NCBI GenBank assembly: GCA_965224705.1
Contig: OZ245056.1
Location: forward strand, 736,001 to 800,000
DNA: 64,000 nt
Reading direction: 5' to 3'
DNA from: Spirochaetaceae bacterium
Lineage (GTDB): Bacteria > Spirochaetota > Spirochaetia > DSM-2461
Shown here: positions 28,416-37,581 of the stretch, one piece after another
Numbering within the stretch: position 1 is the stretch's first letter
Layout of the letters: every line of letters begins with the position of its first letter
Made by a program: the position numbers and the translations under genes
The notes under the pieces: generated by a model
Told to the model about the DNA's origin: nothing
What the model saw: the letters and a program-made list of their open reading frames with translations, nothing else
Database searches by the model: none

Positions 28416-29972
28416 GTGAATAGTCAGATTCACATGCATACAGAGAAGATCACACAAAACACAGAAGCCCTCCGCTGCTCAGTGAACGCCATCCTGGATT
28501 CAGAAACACGGGGGAAACTGGGGCAGTATATGACCCCATCAGCAACAGCACTGTTTATGGCCTCTCTCTTTCCTGAATCCACTCTCCCAGAACTGCGCCT
28601 ACTTGATCCTGGTGCCGGAATCGGGAGCCTCACCTCGGCTTTTGTCACCGAGGTGTCAAAGTGGAAGAACCTTGAGTTTCTGGAAGCCGATAGCTGGGAA
28701 ATAGACCCAACCATGCAGGAAAACCTCCGGCAGAATATGGAGTCTATCCAGAAAAGGGTCTCTTCTTTCTCCCTGTCCTATAATATCCATCAAGAGGACT
28801 TTATTGAATCGGTATCCCAGAAACTTGATACCGAAGGAGGGCTCTGGACGGAGCCGATCAAAAAATACACCCACTGTATTATGAATCCCCCCTATAGAAA
28901 GATACTCGCCTCTTCGCCCCATCGCCGCTGGCTGCGCTCTGCTGGAATCGAAACTGGAAACCTTTACACAGGGTTTGTGGCTCTGGCCTTGATGCTGATG
29001 GAAGAGGGCGGTCAGCTTGCGGCCATTATCCCCCGCAGTTTCTGCAACGGCCCATATTACCGGCCCTTTCGAGAACTTCTTTTGAAGAAATCAGCCATTC
29101 GCCATATACATCTCTTTGATTCCCGAAACAAAGCGTTTAAGGAGGATGGAGTACTTCAGGAAAACATCATTATCCTGCTGGAACGGAGCGGCTTACAGGA
29201 AGAAGTGACAATTTCCACCTCCAGTGATAACTGCTACTCTGATCATGAATCAAGAATTCTCCCTTTTGATCAGATAATATCCCCAGAGGACAAGGAGATT
29301 TTTATCCACATCCCACTCCCGGCACAAAAGGATCAAGCACCCGCCTTTACTTATCAGCGCCACCCCCTGGAATCCATTGAACTACAGGTATCAACAGGCC
29401 CTATTGTGGATTTCAGATTGAAAGAGTACCTAAAGTCCCTCCCGGAGGAAGCGACCGTTCCGCTCCTGTACTCCTGCCATTTCAAAGCCATGCGGACCAC
29501 CTGGCCTGTAGAGGGGAAAAAGCCGAACGCCATTATGAATAACAGGAAAACCTGGAAAGGATTTTTCCCCAAAGGATTCTATGTCGTTGTACGCCGGTTC
29601 TCTTCCAAAGAGGAAAAACGCCGAATCGTCGCCAGTGTGGTTACACCCGGTAGTTTTGCTGATTACGAATACCTGGCTTTTGAGAATCACCTGAATGTTT
29701 TTCACCAGAATAAACAGGGACTGGATGAATCTCTGGCCTGGGGACTGGCCGCTTTTCTAAACACAAAAACAGTTGATGAAGAGTTCCGGCTGTTCAGCGG
29801 TCATACACAGGTTAATGCCACAGACCTTCGCTCCATGCGTTTTCCGTCCAGTATTGTACTAAAGAGTCTGGGCGAGTGGGCAAAAAACCAGGCCGAATAT
29901 AACGATGATTCCACAGAAAAAAAATTGCGGGAAATAGAGCGATGGCAGAGCACAATAAAAACAGCCATATAG
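28416..29972 (+). CDS. Type II N6-adenine DNA methyltransferase, gamma class (M.PstI/M.BsuBI-like)
   Basis: LGQYMTP, motif I LLDPGAGIG, motif IV MNPPY, C-terminal FSGHTQVNATDLR. Confidence 0.92.
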   Translation: MNSQIHMHTEKITQNTEALRCSVNAILDSETRGKLGQYMTPSATALFMASLFPESTLPELRLLDPGAGIGSLTSAFVTEVSKWKNLEFLEADSWEIDPTMQENLRQNMESIQKRVSSFSLSYNIHQEDFIESVSQKLDTEGGLWTEPIKKYTHCIMNPPYRKILASSPHRRWLRSAGIETGNLYTGFVALALMLMEEGGQLAAIIPRSFCNGPYYRPFRELLLKKSAIRHIHLFDSRNKAFKEDGVLQENIIILLERSGLQEEVTISTSSDNCYSDHESRILPFDQIISPEDKEIFIHIPLPAQKDQAPAFTYQRHPLESIELQVSTGPIVDFRLKEYLKSLPEEATVPLLYSCHFKAMRTTWPVEGKKPNAIMNNRKTWKGFFPKGFYVVVRRFSSKEEKRRIVASVVTPGSFADYEYLAFENHLNVFHQNKQGLDESLAWGLAAFLNTKTVDEEFRLFSGHTQVNATDLRSMRFPSSIVLKSLGEWAKNQAEYNDDSTEKKLREIERWQSTIKTAI

Positions 29973-30892
29973 GAGAAGCTCTTCACATCATCAAAGCATT
30001 GGGGCTTCCCAAGGGCCAGCACAATGAGCGGACAGCCCTCTGTCTTTTAGCTTTACTTAACCTGGAACAGAACAAGAAATGGAGTCAGGCAGAGAACCCG
30101 CTTATGGGCATCACGCCGATCATGGACTGGGCCAAAGATCATTACAGCAAAGAATACGCCCCTAATTCACGGGAAACCTTCCGCCGCTTCTCCATGCATC
30201 AATTTGTTGACTCAGGGATAGCCATATACAACCCGGATGAACCAAACCGGCCGGTTAACAGTCCTAATGTGGTTTATCAGATAGAGAGAAATGTTTTGAC
30301 TCTGCTGCGTTCATTTGAAACCGAACAGTGGAACGAAAACTTGGCCAAGTACTTATCCAAGCGAACAACTCTGGCTGACCAATACGCTATGGAGCGGGAA
30401 CAGAAACAAATCCCTGTCAGGGTTGCATGTGACAAGGAAATAACCCTCAGCCCCGGCAAACACAGTGAGCTGATCCGGGATATCATTACCCAATTTGCTC
30501 CACGGTTTATTCCCGGTGGAAAACTCGTGTATGTCGGAGATACAAGTAGTAAATGGGGTTATTTTGATGAACCCTTAGCTGAAAATCTGGGGATAGCAAC
30601 CGACAGCCACGGGAAAATGCCGGATGTCATTCTCTATTGTGAAAACCGTGACTGGCTGATTCTGGCCGAGGCTGTCACCAGTCATGGCCCGGTGAACGGC
30701 AAACGGCATTCTGAACTGGCGGAACTGTTTTTATCGGCCAGACCGGGATTGGTCTATGTCACAGCCTTCCCGGATCGCTCGGTAATGGGGCGGTATCAGG
30801 GAGAAATAGCCTGGGAAACTGAGGCTTGGGTAGCGGATAGCCCTTCGCATTTGATTCACTTTAACGGGGAGCGGTTTTTGGGGCCGTATTGA
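29942..30892 (+). CDS. BsuBI/PstI-family type II restriction endonuclease
   Basis: YAPNSRETFRR, LSPGKH, HGKMPDV, EAVTSHGP, IAWETEAW, HFNGERFLGPY. Confidence 0.92.
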   Translation: MAEHNKNSHIGEALHIIKALGLPKGQHNERTALCLLALLNLEQNKKWSQAENPLMGITPIMDWAKDHYSKEYAPNSRETFRRFSMHQFVDSGIAIYNPDEPNRPVNSPNVVYQIERNVLTLLRSFETEQWNENLAKYLSKRTTLADQYAMEREQKQIPVRVACDKEITLSPGKHSELIRDIITQFAPRFIPGGKLVYVGDTSSKWGYFDEPLAENLGIATDSHGKMPDVILYCENRDWLILAEAVTSHGPVNGKRHSELAELFLSARPGLVYVTAFPDRSVMGRYQGEIAWETEAWVADSPSHLIHFNGERFLGPY

Positions 30893-31126
30893 GGGGTTTG
30901 ATGTTGAAGCAACCGATTTCTCCGGCTGGGAGCAGGAACCTGTTTCAAGTCAGGGGCCCTTCCATACAGGTAAGTCAGAATGCAATGATTGGAGAAACCG
31001 CAAGGGAATTTTGATTTCTGCTATTACCCAGGTGCAAGGGTTTTGAGCAATTCTCCGCATTTACCTTGCATCTGCTTTTTCAAAAGTAGGCAGCAAGATT
31101 GCTTAAAAGCATTTACAATTTACCTT

Positions 31127-31279
31127 CAGGTTACAACAAGCTTCCTGACACTGTAAATCTATTTCGCCGAAGTACTCCTGAGAATATCTTTGAATAACGT
31201 TACCCATTTTTCCAGTACGATGTCCTGACTGAACTTCTTGCAGCTTTGAATGCCGTTAGCGGCCATCTTCTGCCTCATG
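31127..31279. repeat. 153-bp direct repeat, copy 1 (duplicate of the GT4 3' end)
   Basis: Near-identical to 32689-32841. Confidence 0.92.
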
Positions 31280-31475
31280 TTTTGAATGCACTTCGACGGC
31301 TTTTGTTATCGAAAGCCAGGAAGCTGCGCAGGCCGACAATGGGCATCAGGAAGATGGAGATGATGATGTGGGTTAAGGGGATCTGGGGTTTGTGGCGAAT
31401 ATTGGTGAAGCAGGAGCCGATTCTTCCGGACAGATCAACCTTGGTTTGAGCAGTCTGATGATATTCTTCATACAC
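31275..31475 (-). pseudogene. Probable DDE transposase N-terminal remnant
   Basis: IRHKPQIPLTHIIISIFLMPIVGLRSFLAFD resembles transposase-associated N-terminal domains. Apparent frameshift after MKNIIRLLK, and truncation where the 153-bp repeat begins. Confidence 0.4.
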
Positions 31476-31675
31476 CCCTCAGGGAGTTTTACTATAGATC
31501 TTAACTTGGATTGAGGGATAGTTCTGGATTGCTGGGGCAGGATGAATGATTTTTTCTTTAGCTTGGGGAATTTCTATCCTGTACGGGCTAAAGTTTCTGT
31601 GGTAGTATTTATCTTCATAAGGCTCACCTTCTGGGTTAATTGGGTTTTTAGTCTTAATTCATTATATCACCAGGC

Positions 31676-32668
31676 TTATTTCTTACGCCCATCCACTACT
31701 GCCATCCACTTATCTCCAACTTTATGCAAATCCACATGATGCATACCTGCTGCATTCCATCCTCTACCTGTCATGGTTACTAACGGTTTTTCTGAAGCGA
31801 TTTTTTCCACATATGACTTCTCAGTCAGCTCAGCTATTTCAAACGCAAAAACCTGGATGCCATATTTCGGAAAATCATCCTGCGTCACCCTATACAGCCG
31901 GTCATTATAAGTAATAACTCTCCCCCCCGGTCTTGCGATATTCATATTAAATCTTATTATGGGATTCATTGGATGAGGTTTCCATTCTCCCAATAAACCG
32001 CTCGAGTAATAAAGATTCAAGACATCATTTTCTGGAGTCGTTACAAACAACCAAAACTTATCGTTATGCCGAAATATTGAAGGATCCACATAACGATACC
32101 CGGTCAATAGATTTCCGACATACTCCCATTTTTCTGGAAACGTTACTGCTTTGTATAGTCTTACTGATAAGTCCTGATGGCTTTCTGGGATTAGATAATA
32201 ACTATCATCCCACTCGAAAACATATGGATATGACAAATGGAAGGTTTCATCAATGACGATCTTTCTGTATTCCCATTCCTTCCCATCTGTGCTTTCTGCA
32301 TAGCCAATATCACCTTGATTGGTTTTACGGTTCAACACTTCAAAAAACATAGTGTATTTTCCATTTTCAATAAGCATGAACGGATCCGCAACAAAACTGG
32401 CTCTTACATCTACAACATCTTTCCCTGTTAGAACTGGATTTGAAATGTTTTCCGGGCTGGCCAGATCAAATGGAGTGAAACCTTCATATATGCCAATGGA
32501 CCAGGGACCGTAGGCCCTGCCCTGACCTGATTTATGAGTTAGTTTATGGTATACTGTTTTGATAATTCCATATGGAAATATTTCATTTTTATGAATAGCA
32601 ATTCCATAAACTATACCTACAGTTAATGTCATCATCAATAAGACTGAATTAATCAGATATCTTTTCAT
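31676..32668 (-). CDS. Membrane-anchored five-bladed beta-propeller protein (GINT1 N-terminal / GH43-GH32-like)
   Basis: N-terminal TM; WSIGIY, NPVLT, FVADPF, QGDIG, HLSYPYVF, YLIPE, YVDPS, ARPGG, GMHHVD. Confidence 0.8.
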   Translation of the reverse strand: MKRYLINSVLLMMTLTVGIVYGIAIHKNEIFPYGIIKTVYHKLTHKSGQGRAYGPWSIGIYEGFTPFDLASPENISNPVLTGKDVVDVRASFVADPFMLIENGKYTMFFEVLNRKTNQGDIGYAESTDGKEWEYRKIVIDETFHLSYPYVFEWDDSYYLIPESHQDLSVRLYKAVTFPEKWEYVGNLLTGYRYVDPSIFRHNDKFWLFVTTPENDVLNLYYSSGLLGEWKPHPMNPIIRFNMNIARPGGRVITYNDRLYRVTQDDFPKYGIQVFAFEIAELTEKSYVEKIASEKPLVTMTGRGWNAAGMHHVDLHKVGDKWMAVVDGRKK

Positions 32669-32688
32669 ATTCTTTCTTAAACCCTGAC

Positions 32689-32841
32689 CAGGTTACAACA
32701 AGCTTCCTGACACTTCAGATCTATTTCTCAGAGGTACTCCTGAGAATATCTTTGAATAACGTTACCCATTTTTCCAGTACGATATCCTGACTGAACTTCT
32801 TGCAGCTTTGAATGCCGTTAGCGGCCATCTTCCGCCTCATG
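32689..32841. repeat. 153-bp direct repeat, copy 2 (GT4 3' end plus downstream motif)
   Basis: Near-identical to 31127-31279. Confidence 0.92.
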
Positions 32842-33911
32842 GCCGGATTATCAATCAGCATCCGAATTTTTTCTTCATATGTATTCACATCACCATCCGG
32901 CGAGATAACGCCATCGACACCATTCTCAATGACATCATGAACAGAGGCAAAGCTGTCCATCACGATGGGAACGCATCCGAATTGTTGAGCCTCGGTAAGA
33001 GTCATCCCCATGCCTTCGTACGCGGATGTCATCAGAAAAATCGAAGCTTCCCTATAGTATTTCTCAGGATTCGGTTGATGGGACAGAAAGACAATCCGTT
33101 CATTGCCCAAACGGGATGACAGTCTTTGATAAGGAACCATGCTCCTGCCGGTTCCGGCAATTTTCAACTCCCAGTCGGGATAATCCCGATGGAGTCTCGA
33201 CCAGATTTTGATTACATAGGATAATCGTTTTTGATACTCATCCAATCTTGAGACAACCAGCAACACTTTCTTCTTGTTCTCGACATCCTTCTGACTCGCA
33301 TAAGAAGGAAATGACAGTCCATTTGTAATTGCTTTGAGTTTTGAAGTATCTTTGATGCGATACTCATTTTTATAATCTTCATAAAACCTTTCCGAAAGCA
33401 AAACCATACAGTCGGATTTATTGTATGCTGCCCGCAGTTTGTACATTATCCGGCGTGTGTAGATCATGTAGCTCAATGGATAGACCAGAAGCAGAAACAG
33501 GGCTCGAATTCTCTTCACCTTAACAGGATTGTACAGAATAGATTCAAGTATTTTCTGGAACAGTCTGATCTTTTCATAGCCTGGTTTAGTGTGGAAGGCA
33601 CTGATGACTCGACAGGGCGTACCCTGTACGGCCCGGGAAGCAGTAACGCTCAATGCATAACCTTCCGGCACGAGGAGAATATCAATGTCCTTGTTTAGAA
33701 TGAATTGATTTATCGCCCGAACAGATAAGCCGATTTCCGGCAGTTGATTAATCCGATTATCAGCACCGGATGTGATGCGGAAAGTGGTATAGCAGCGAAA
33801 CTCACCCGTTTTAACCAGGTAATTAAGAAGCTGCACCAGAGTTCGTGAACCTCCGGCATCGTCGATGGCCATATCCCGAGTATACAGCGTAAGTATTTCA
33901 ATCTTCTTCAA
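32721..33911 (-). CDS. Glycosyltransferase family 4
   Basis: VSRLDEYQKR, IAGTG, TSAYEGMGMTLTEAQQFG (EX7E). Confidence 0.9.
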   Translation of the reverse strand: MKKIEILTLYTRDMAIDDAGGSRTLVQLLNYLVKTGEFRCYTTFRITSGADNRINQLPEIGLSVRAINQFILNKDIDILLVPEGYALSVTASRAVQGTPCRVISAFHTKPGYEKIRLFQKILESILYNPVKVKRIRALFLLLVYPLSYMIYTRRIMYKLRAAYNKSDCMVLLSERFYEDYKNEYRIKDTSKLKAITNGLSFPSYASQKDVENKKKVLLVVSRLDEYQKRLSYVIKIWSRLHRDYPDWELKIAGTGRSMVPYQRLSSRLGNERIVFLSHQPNPEKYYREASIFLMTSAYEGMGMTLTEAQQFGCVPIVMDSFASVHDVIENGVDGVISPDGDVNTYEEKIRMLIDNPAMRRKMAANGIQSCKKFSQDIVLEKWVTLFKDILRSTSEK

Positions 33912-33950
33912 TTATGTCATCCTGAAAATGAGATTTTATCCTTAGATCCG

Positions 33951-34718
33951 CTACAAAGTAAACCCATCATCAACCACGAGATTCTGCCCATTGATGTAGT
34001 GACTGTTATCCGACAGGAGAAACGCCAATGTGCCTGTTAAGTCAGTGGGATCCAGCATCCCCTTTTGCAGGCATTCATCCCGATAGGCTTCAATGAAACT
34101 TGCAGGTTGATTATCGCGGATCCCGCCTGGGCTCAGGCAGTTCACTCTGATGTTCTTTCCGGCAAGGAATCTGGCCATGTATCGGCAAAGATGAATAACA
34201 CCAGATTTTATTACCGAATACTCTACCGGCATCGTCATTTCCGTATCCGTATAGATTCCAAAACGGGGGGCCGCGACACCGTATATAGATCCGATCATAA
34301 CAATGTTTCCGTGCCCCTGTTCAATGAAGAAACGGGAGAACTCCTGCGCGGTATTGAAATATCCGCCCAGATGCCGGGATACATTGTCGTTGAAGTCCTC
34401 AAGTTTCACATCGAAAAACTTTCGGCCAAAAGCCGCATTCCGAGGATACGCGCTGCTTACCACACCGTCGATTTTCCCGCAGATTTTTTGAATTTCATTT
34501 ATGGTGAAGCGGATCGACTTCGCCGAAGTAATATCCATCGGCAGAAAAAGAACTTCGTTTTCACTTCCCCCCGACAGCTCCGAAGCCGTCAGGCGCCCTC
34601 TCTCCTCGTCCAGGTCTGTAATGACAGCCCGTCCTCCGTGGAGAATCACACTCCGAGCGAACTCCTTACCTAACAAACCGGCACCGCCGGTGATAACAAC
34701 GACTTTGTCATCAAGCAT
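33951..34718 (-). CDS. ptmA: SDR oxidoreductase, PtmA-like
   Basis: TGGAGLLG, SAYPR, MPVEYSVIKSG, SPGGI, YINGQNLVVDDG. Confidence 0.88.
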   Translation of the reverse strand: MLDDKVVVITGGAGLLGKEFARSVILHGGRAVITDLDEERGRLTASELSGGSENEVLFLPMDITSAKSIRFTINEIQKICGKIDGVVSSAYPRNAAFGRKFFDVKLEDFNDNVSRHLGGYFNTAQEFSRFFIEQGHGNIVMIGSIYGVAAPRFGIYTDTEMTMPVEYSVIKSGVIHLCRYMARFLAGKNIRVNCLSPGGIRDNQPASFIEAYRDECLQKGMLDPTDLTGTLAFLLSDNSHYINGQNLVVDDGFTL

Positions 34719-35415
34719 TATCCATCTCCTCTCTCATGAGCAATTCAACTATACGAAAATCTAATGGAGAATCGATGTCAAATGACCGTTCCCTGGGCAT
34801 AACATGAAGTTGGGTTCCCGGCAGGAAAATCTCAGATTCATTCAGCAGTGATTCCCTGGTCCAGGCGTAGATTGAAGCGTTCATATCGAAGCAGGGAGGT
34901 GATTCCTGCCGCCGTGTTAACATCCGCCCCATGGATTTTGAAGGTGCCCAATGCCCTGCGGCATTCTTCTCGATGAGATTGAAATATGGTGATCGATGGG
35001 AGGGTGCTGCTGTAATGACATTGCTGCAATTCCCCGATTGGATCAGGTCGGCACAGGTTTGAATATCGGTGATGGATCGTAGAGGCGATGTGGCATCCAG
35101 ATCGACTATATACTCGTATCGGCAGCCGTAGTGTTTTTCTGCTTCCAGGAATGCGTGGCGGATTACCGGAAGCTTCGGAGAACTGTCTTCTGCAAGTTCC
35201 CCGGGACGCCGGAAGAAAACCTCCCCTCCGTATTGACGTGAGATCTCCGATATTTCGTCTGAGTCCGTGCTTATAACAACATGTTCAAAGAGTTCGGAAT
35301 CCAGAGCCTGTCTGATGCTGTGGACAATCAGAGGATATCCGGCAATCATGCGGGAATTCTTGCTTTGAACACCTTTGGACCCGCCGCGGGCACAGATCGT
35401 GCATATAATTTTCAC
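34711..35415 (-). CDS. neuA: CMP-nonulosonic acid synthetase (LegF/NeuA/PtmB)
   Basis: ICARGGSKGV..KN, STDS, DLDATSPLR, DID. Confidence 0.93.
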   Translation of the reverse strand: MKIICTICARGGSKGVQSKNSRMIAGYPLIVHSIRQALDSELFEHVVISTDSDEISEISRQYGGEVFFRRPGELAEDSSPKLPVIRHAFLEAEKHYGCRYEYIVDLDATSPLRSITDIQTCADLIQSGNCSNVITAAPSHRSPYFNLIEKNAAGHWAPSKSMGRMLTRRQESPPCFDMNASIYAWTRESLLNESEIFLPGTQLHVMPRERSFDIDSPLDFRIVELLMREEMDNA

Positions 35416-36365
35416 CGTGCATCACCATTGTTGTCAGCCATATTCATTTCCGCCACCCGTAAAACCTTCATAGCCTGGGTAATTGTATTCAAATTTTCGC
35501 CTCCAGACAGCACCATCCGGAGAAAAGCCTTCATTTCCCGAAGGTACATGGTATTGCTGTCCTCGTTCAGGATGATTGCCGGAGATGAATCAGAAAATCG
35601 AATCGAATGCCCGATGAAATCGGCGGTGATGAGTCGATCCGGTGTTATGATTTCAAGTTTTCGACATGGACTGCGGCCAAAGTAGTCCAGATGAATTTCC
35701 AGAAAAGTGTCATTACTCCGGGCAATGTAAAGCGCGATATCGTTGGATTGTATTTCTAAATCTGACACTTTCCCGCCAAGTTTACAGCACTCTGAAGGGA
35801 ACCCGAAGAGGTCAATTATATAATCCCATTCGTGAATGAGATCAAGATGCACACCACCGCCGCAGCACGCCGACGCACTGTATGATTGCCGGTAATCAGT
35901 AGGTCTCCAATCCGGCAGGTAACTGGATGAAATCGCCCGAGCACTTAGAACCCGTTCCGAGGTGACCATGGATTTGATCTTCCGATACACACCTGTAAAA
36001 CGAAGAGGTGCTGCAACGTAAATCTCGGAGGAAGGAGGAATGTTGAGGGAGGCCATGTCGACATTTGAATGATGGAAAACCGGTTTTTCAACGAAAATGT
36101 GCTGACTGAGACTTACAACTTCACGGAGCGTTTCCTCGTGGAGGTGAGTTGGATTTGTTATAAATACGGCATCATAGAAGCGGTCAAGATCCGAGAATTG
36201 ATGAACGACTCGTTTTAAAGAAGGAAATGAACTGGAAATATCCGAGTTATATCCGGTCCTTAGCGCATGAACCACCGGTTCAATCCCAAGTTCTTCCGCA
36301 ATCGCCTGAAAATCAGTCATGTGGCGGAGACCAATCGATCCAAGACCAATGAAGCATACTTTCAT
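35412..36365 (-). CDS. ptmF: Gfo/Idh/MocA oxidoreductase (PtmF-like)
   Basis: MKVCFIGLGSIG, FVEKP, YLPDWRP..DYR.SYSA, DLIHEWDY. ATGA overlap with the upstream gene. Confidence 0.85.
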   Translation of the reverse strand: MKVCFIGLGSIGLRHMTDFQAIAEELGIEPVVHALRTGYNSDISSSFPSLKRVVHQFSDLDRFYDAVFITNPTHLHEETLREVVSLSQHIFVEKPVFHHSNVDMASLNIPPSSEIYVAAPLRFTGVYRKIKSMVTSERVLSARAISSSYLPDWRPTDYRQSYSASACCGGGVHLDLIHEWDYIIDLFGFPSECCKLGGKVSDLEIQSNDIALYIARSNDTFLEIHLDYFGRSPCRKLEIITPDRLITADFIGHSIRFSDSSPAIILNEDSNTMYLREMKAFLRMVLSGGENLNTITQAMKVLRVAEMNMADNNGDAR

Positions 36366-37354
36366 AACGCTTGAATTGAGTTCCGTTTCAATGCCGGTAA
36401 GATAACTTCTTCGTATGAGATAACATGGGAAAATGTCTTGTACCAGGCGGAATGAATACCGACAATCTTCAAAAAGATTGCTGTGGACCTGGTTCCGATG
36501 AGTTCGGCTTCCAGCAAAGCTGTCGAAAAGAAACTGTAGGCGAATTGACATTTTGGTATGCGCGATTCCTCAAAGAACCGGGCATTGGCCGGGAGTTTTA
36601 TACCGGATTTTGAATGTGTTGACCTCGGATGATCCTTGATCAGTAATTCGGAATACTCGCCAGCCAGATAGTTCACAACGTTCTGGAAGATTCTTAATTC
36701 GGTTTCTGGACGGCACAAACCGATATGCGCAAGCGGCTGCAGGAAGAATACCGCCTCAGCTTCAATCATACCGGACTCCGATACCCCTGTGTATTCAGGT
36801 TTCAGAAATCCCATATCGACGATGACTCTGTCTTCTGACCATCCCCGATGTTTAATCAGGTACTCCCGATACGGTTTGCTGTAGACATAGTAGCAGTCCG
36901 TTTTAATCCCCCCGAAGCCATGTCCGATGATTTTTATCCCCAGCAGAAAACTGGAACAGGTATTGATGAACCACACAATGAATGCCCGTATCGGCCGACT
37001 CCTCAAATAGAACAAACCATGCTGCAGGGATATGCAGGTGACTTCGGGTAAACGTTTCCTGAGTATGGGAATGGCATTGGCACTGATGTATCCCTCCGAT
37101 GTCGCAAAGTAGACAGATTTCCATCCATTTCTTTCAATATGCTCAATGAGTTCCAGGGTTTTTTCCCTGACTCGCTGCCGGGATTGGATTCGGCAGACCA
37201 GAGTCGATACAGGCCCGCCGCTGTAGTTGGGAAGTGAGTAACTGAATACTGGAAGTTTATGCTGCTGTATAAATCCAGAGTAGTTTTCTGTCATACTATC
37301 GTCGAATGTGACGAATAATCCGAATTCCAGTGGTTTTCCCTCCACATTCATCAT
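36362..37354 (-). CDS. Putative GT-B nonulosonate transferase (sialyltransferase-like)
   Basis: SLQHG, FFLQP, IKDHPR and FSTALLEA motifs; first gene of the ptmF-legF-ptmA unit. Confidence 0.55.
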   Translation of the reverse strand: MMNVEGKPLEFGLFVTFDDSMTENYSGFIQQHKLPVFSYSLPNYSGGPVSTLVCRIQSRQRVREKTLELIEHIERNGWKSVYFATSEGYISANAIPILRKRLPEVTCISLQHGLFYLRSRPIRAFIVWFINTCSSFLLGIKIIGHGFGGIKTDCYYVYSKPYREYLIKHRGWSEDRVIVDMGFLKPEYTGVSESGMIEAEAVFFLQPLAHIGLCRPETELRIFQNVVNYLAGEYSELLIKDHPRSTHSKSGIKLPANARFFEESRIPKCQFAYSFFSTALLEAELIGTRSTAIFLKIVGIHSAWYKTFSHVISYEEVILPALKRNSIQAL

Positions 37355-37468
37355 TGCCGTCAGTATATTGAATCTCGTTCCCGCTGTGTAGATGATTATC
37401 GGATTATACTCAGCAGAGCCTGGGCCTGGGGTTGTGTACGAATCGATAGGGCCGTAGTTTATATCACA

Positions 37469-37546
37469 GAGGTCCTCTGAGAAACAGCATCTGGAAGTCG
37501 ACGAAGGGATCGGGTAAAAAATCCTGGAGTCTGTTCAGAGGTGCCC
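37469..37546. repeat. Short degenerate copy of the gggcacctct-TIR element
   Basis: gaggtcctctgagaaacag ... ctgttcagaggtgccc. Confidence 0.5.
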
Positions 37547-37581
37547 CATACTGATTTCCGAGCGGGGCTGGCGATTACTGC

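Noticed and set aside
31127..31141. GTTACAAC as an integron attC core
   Set aside because: Does not fit GTTRRRY, no attC hairpin or integrase is present, and it is better explained as a MITE end.
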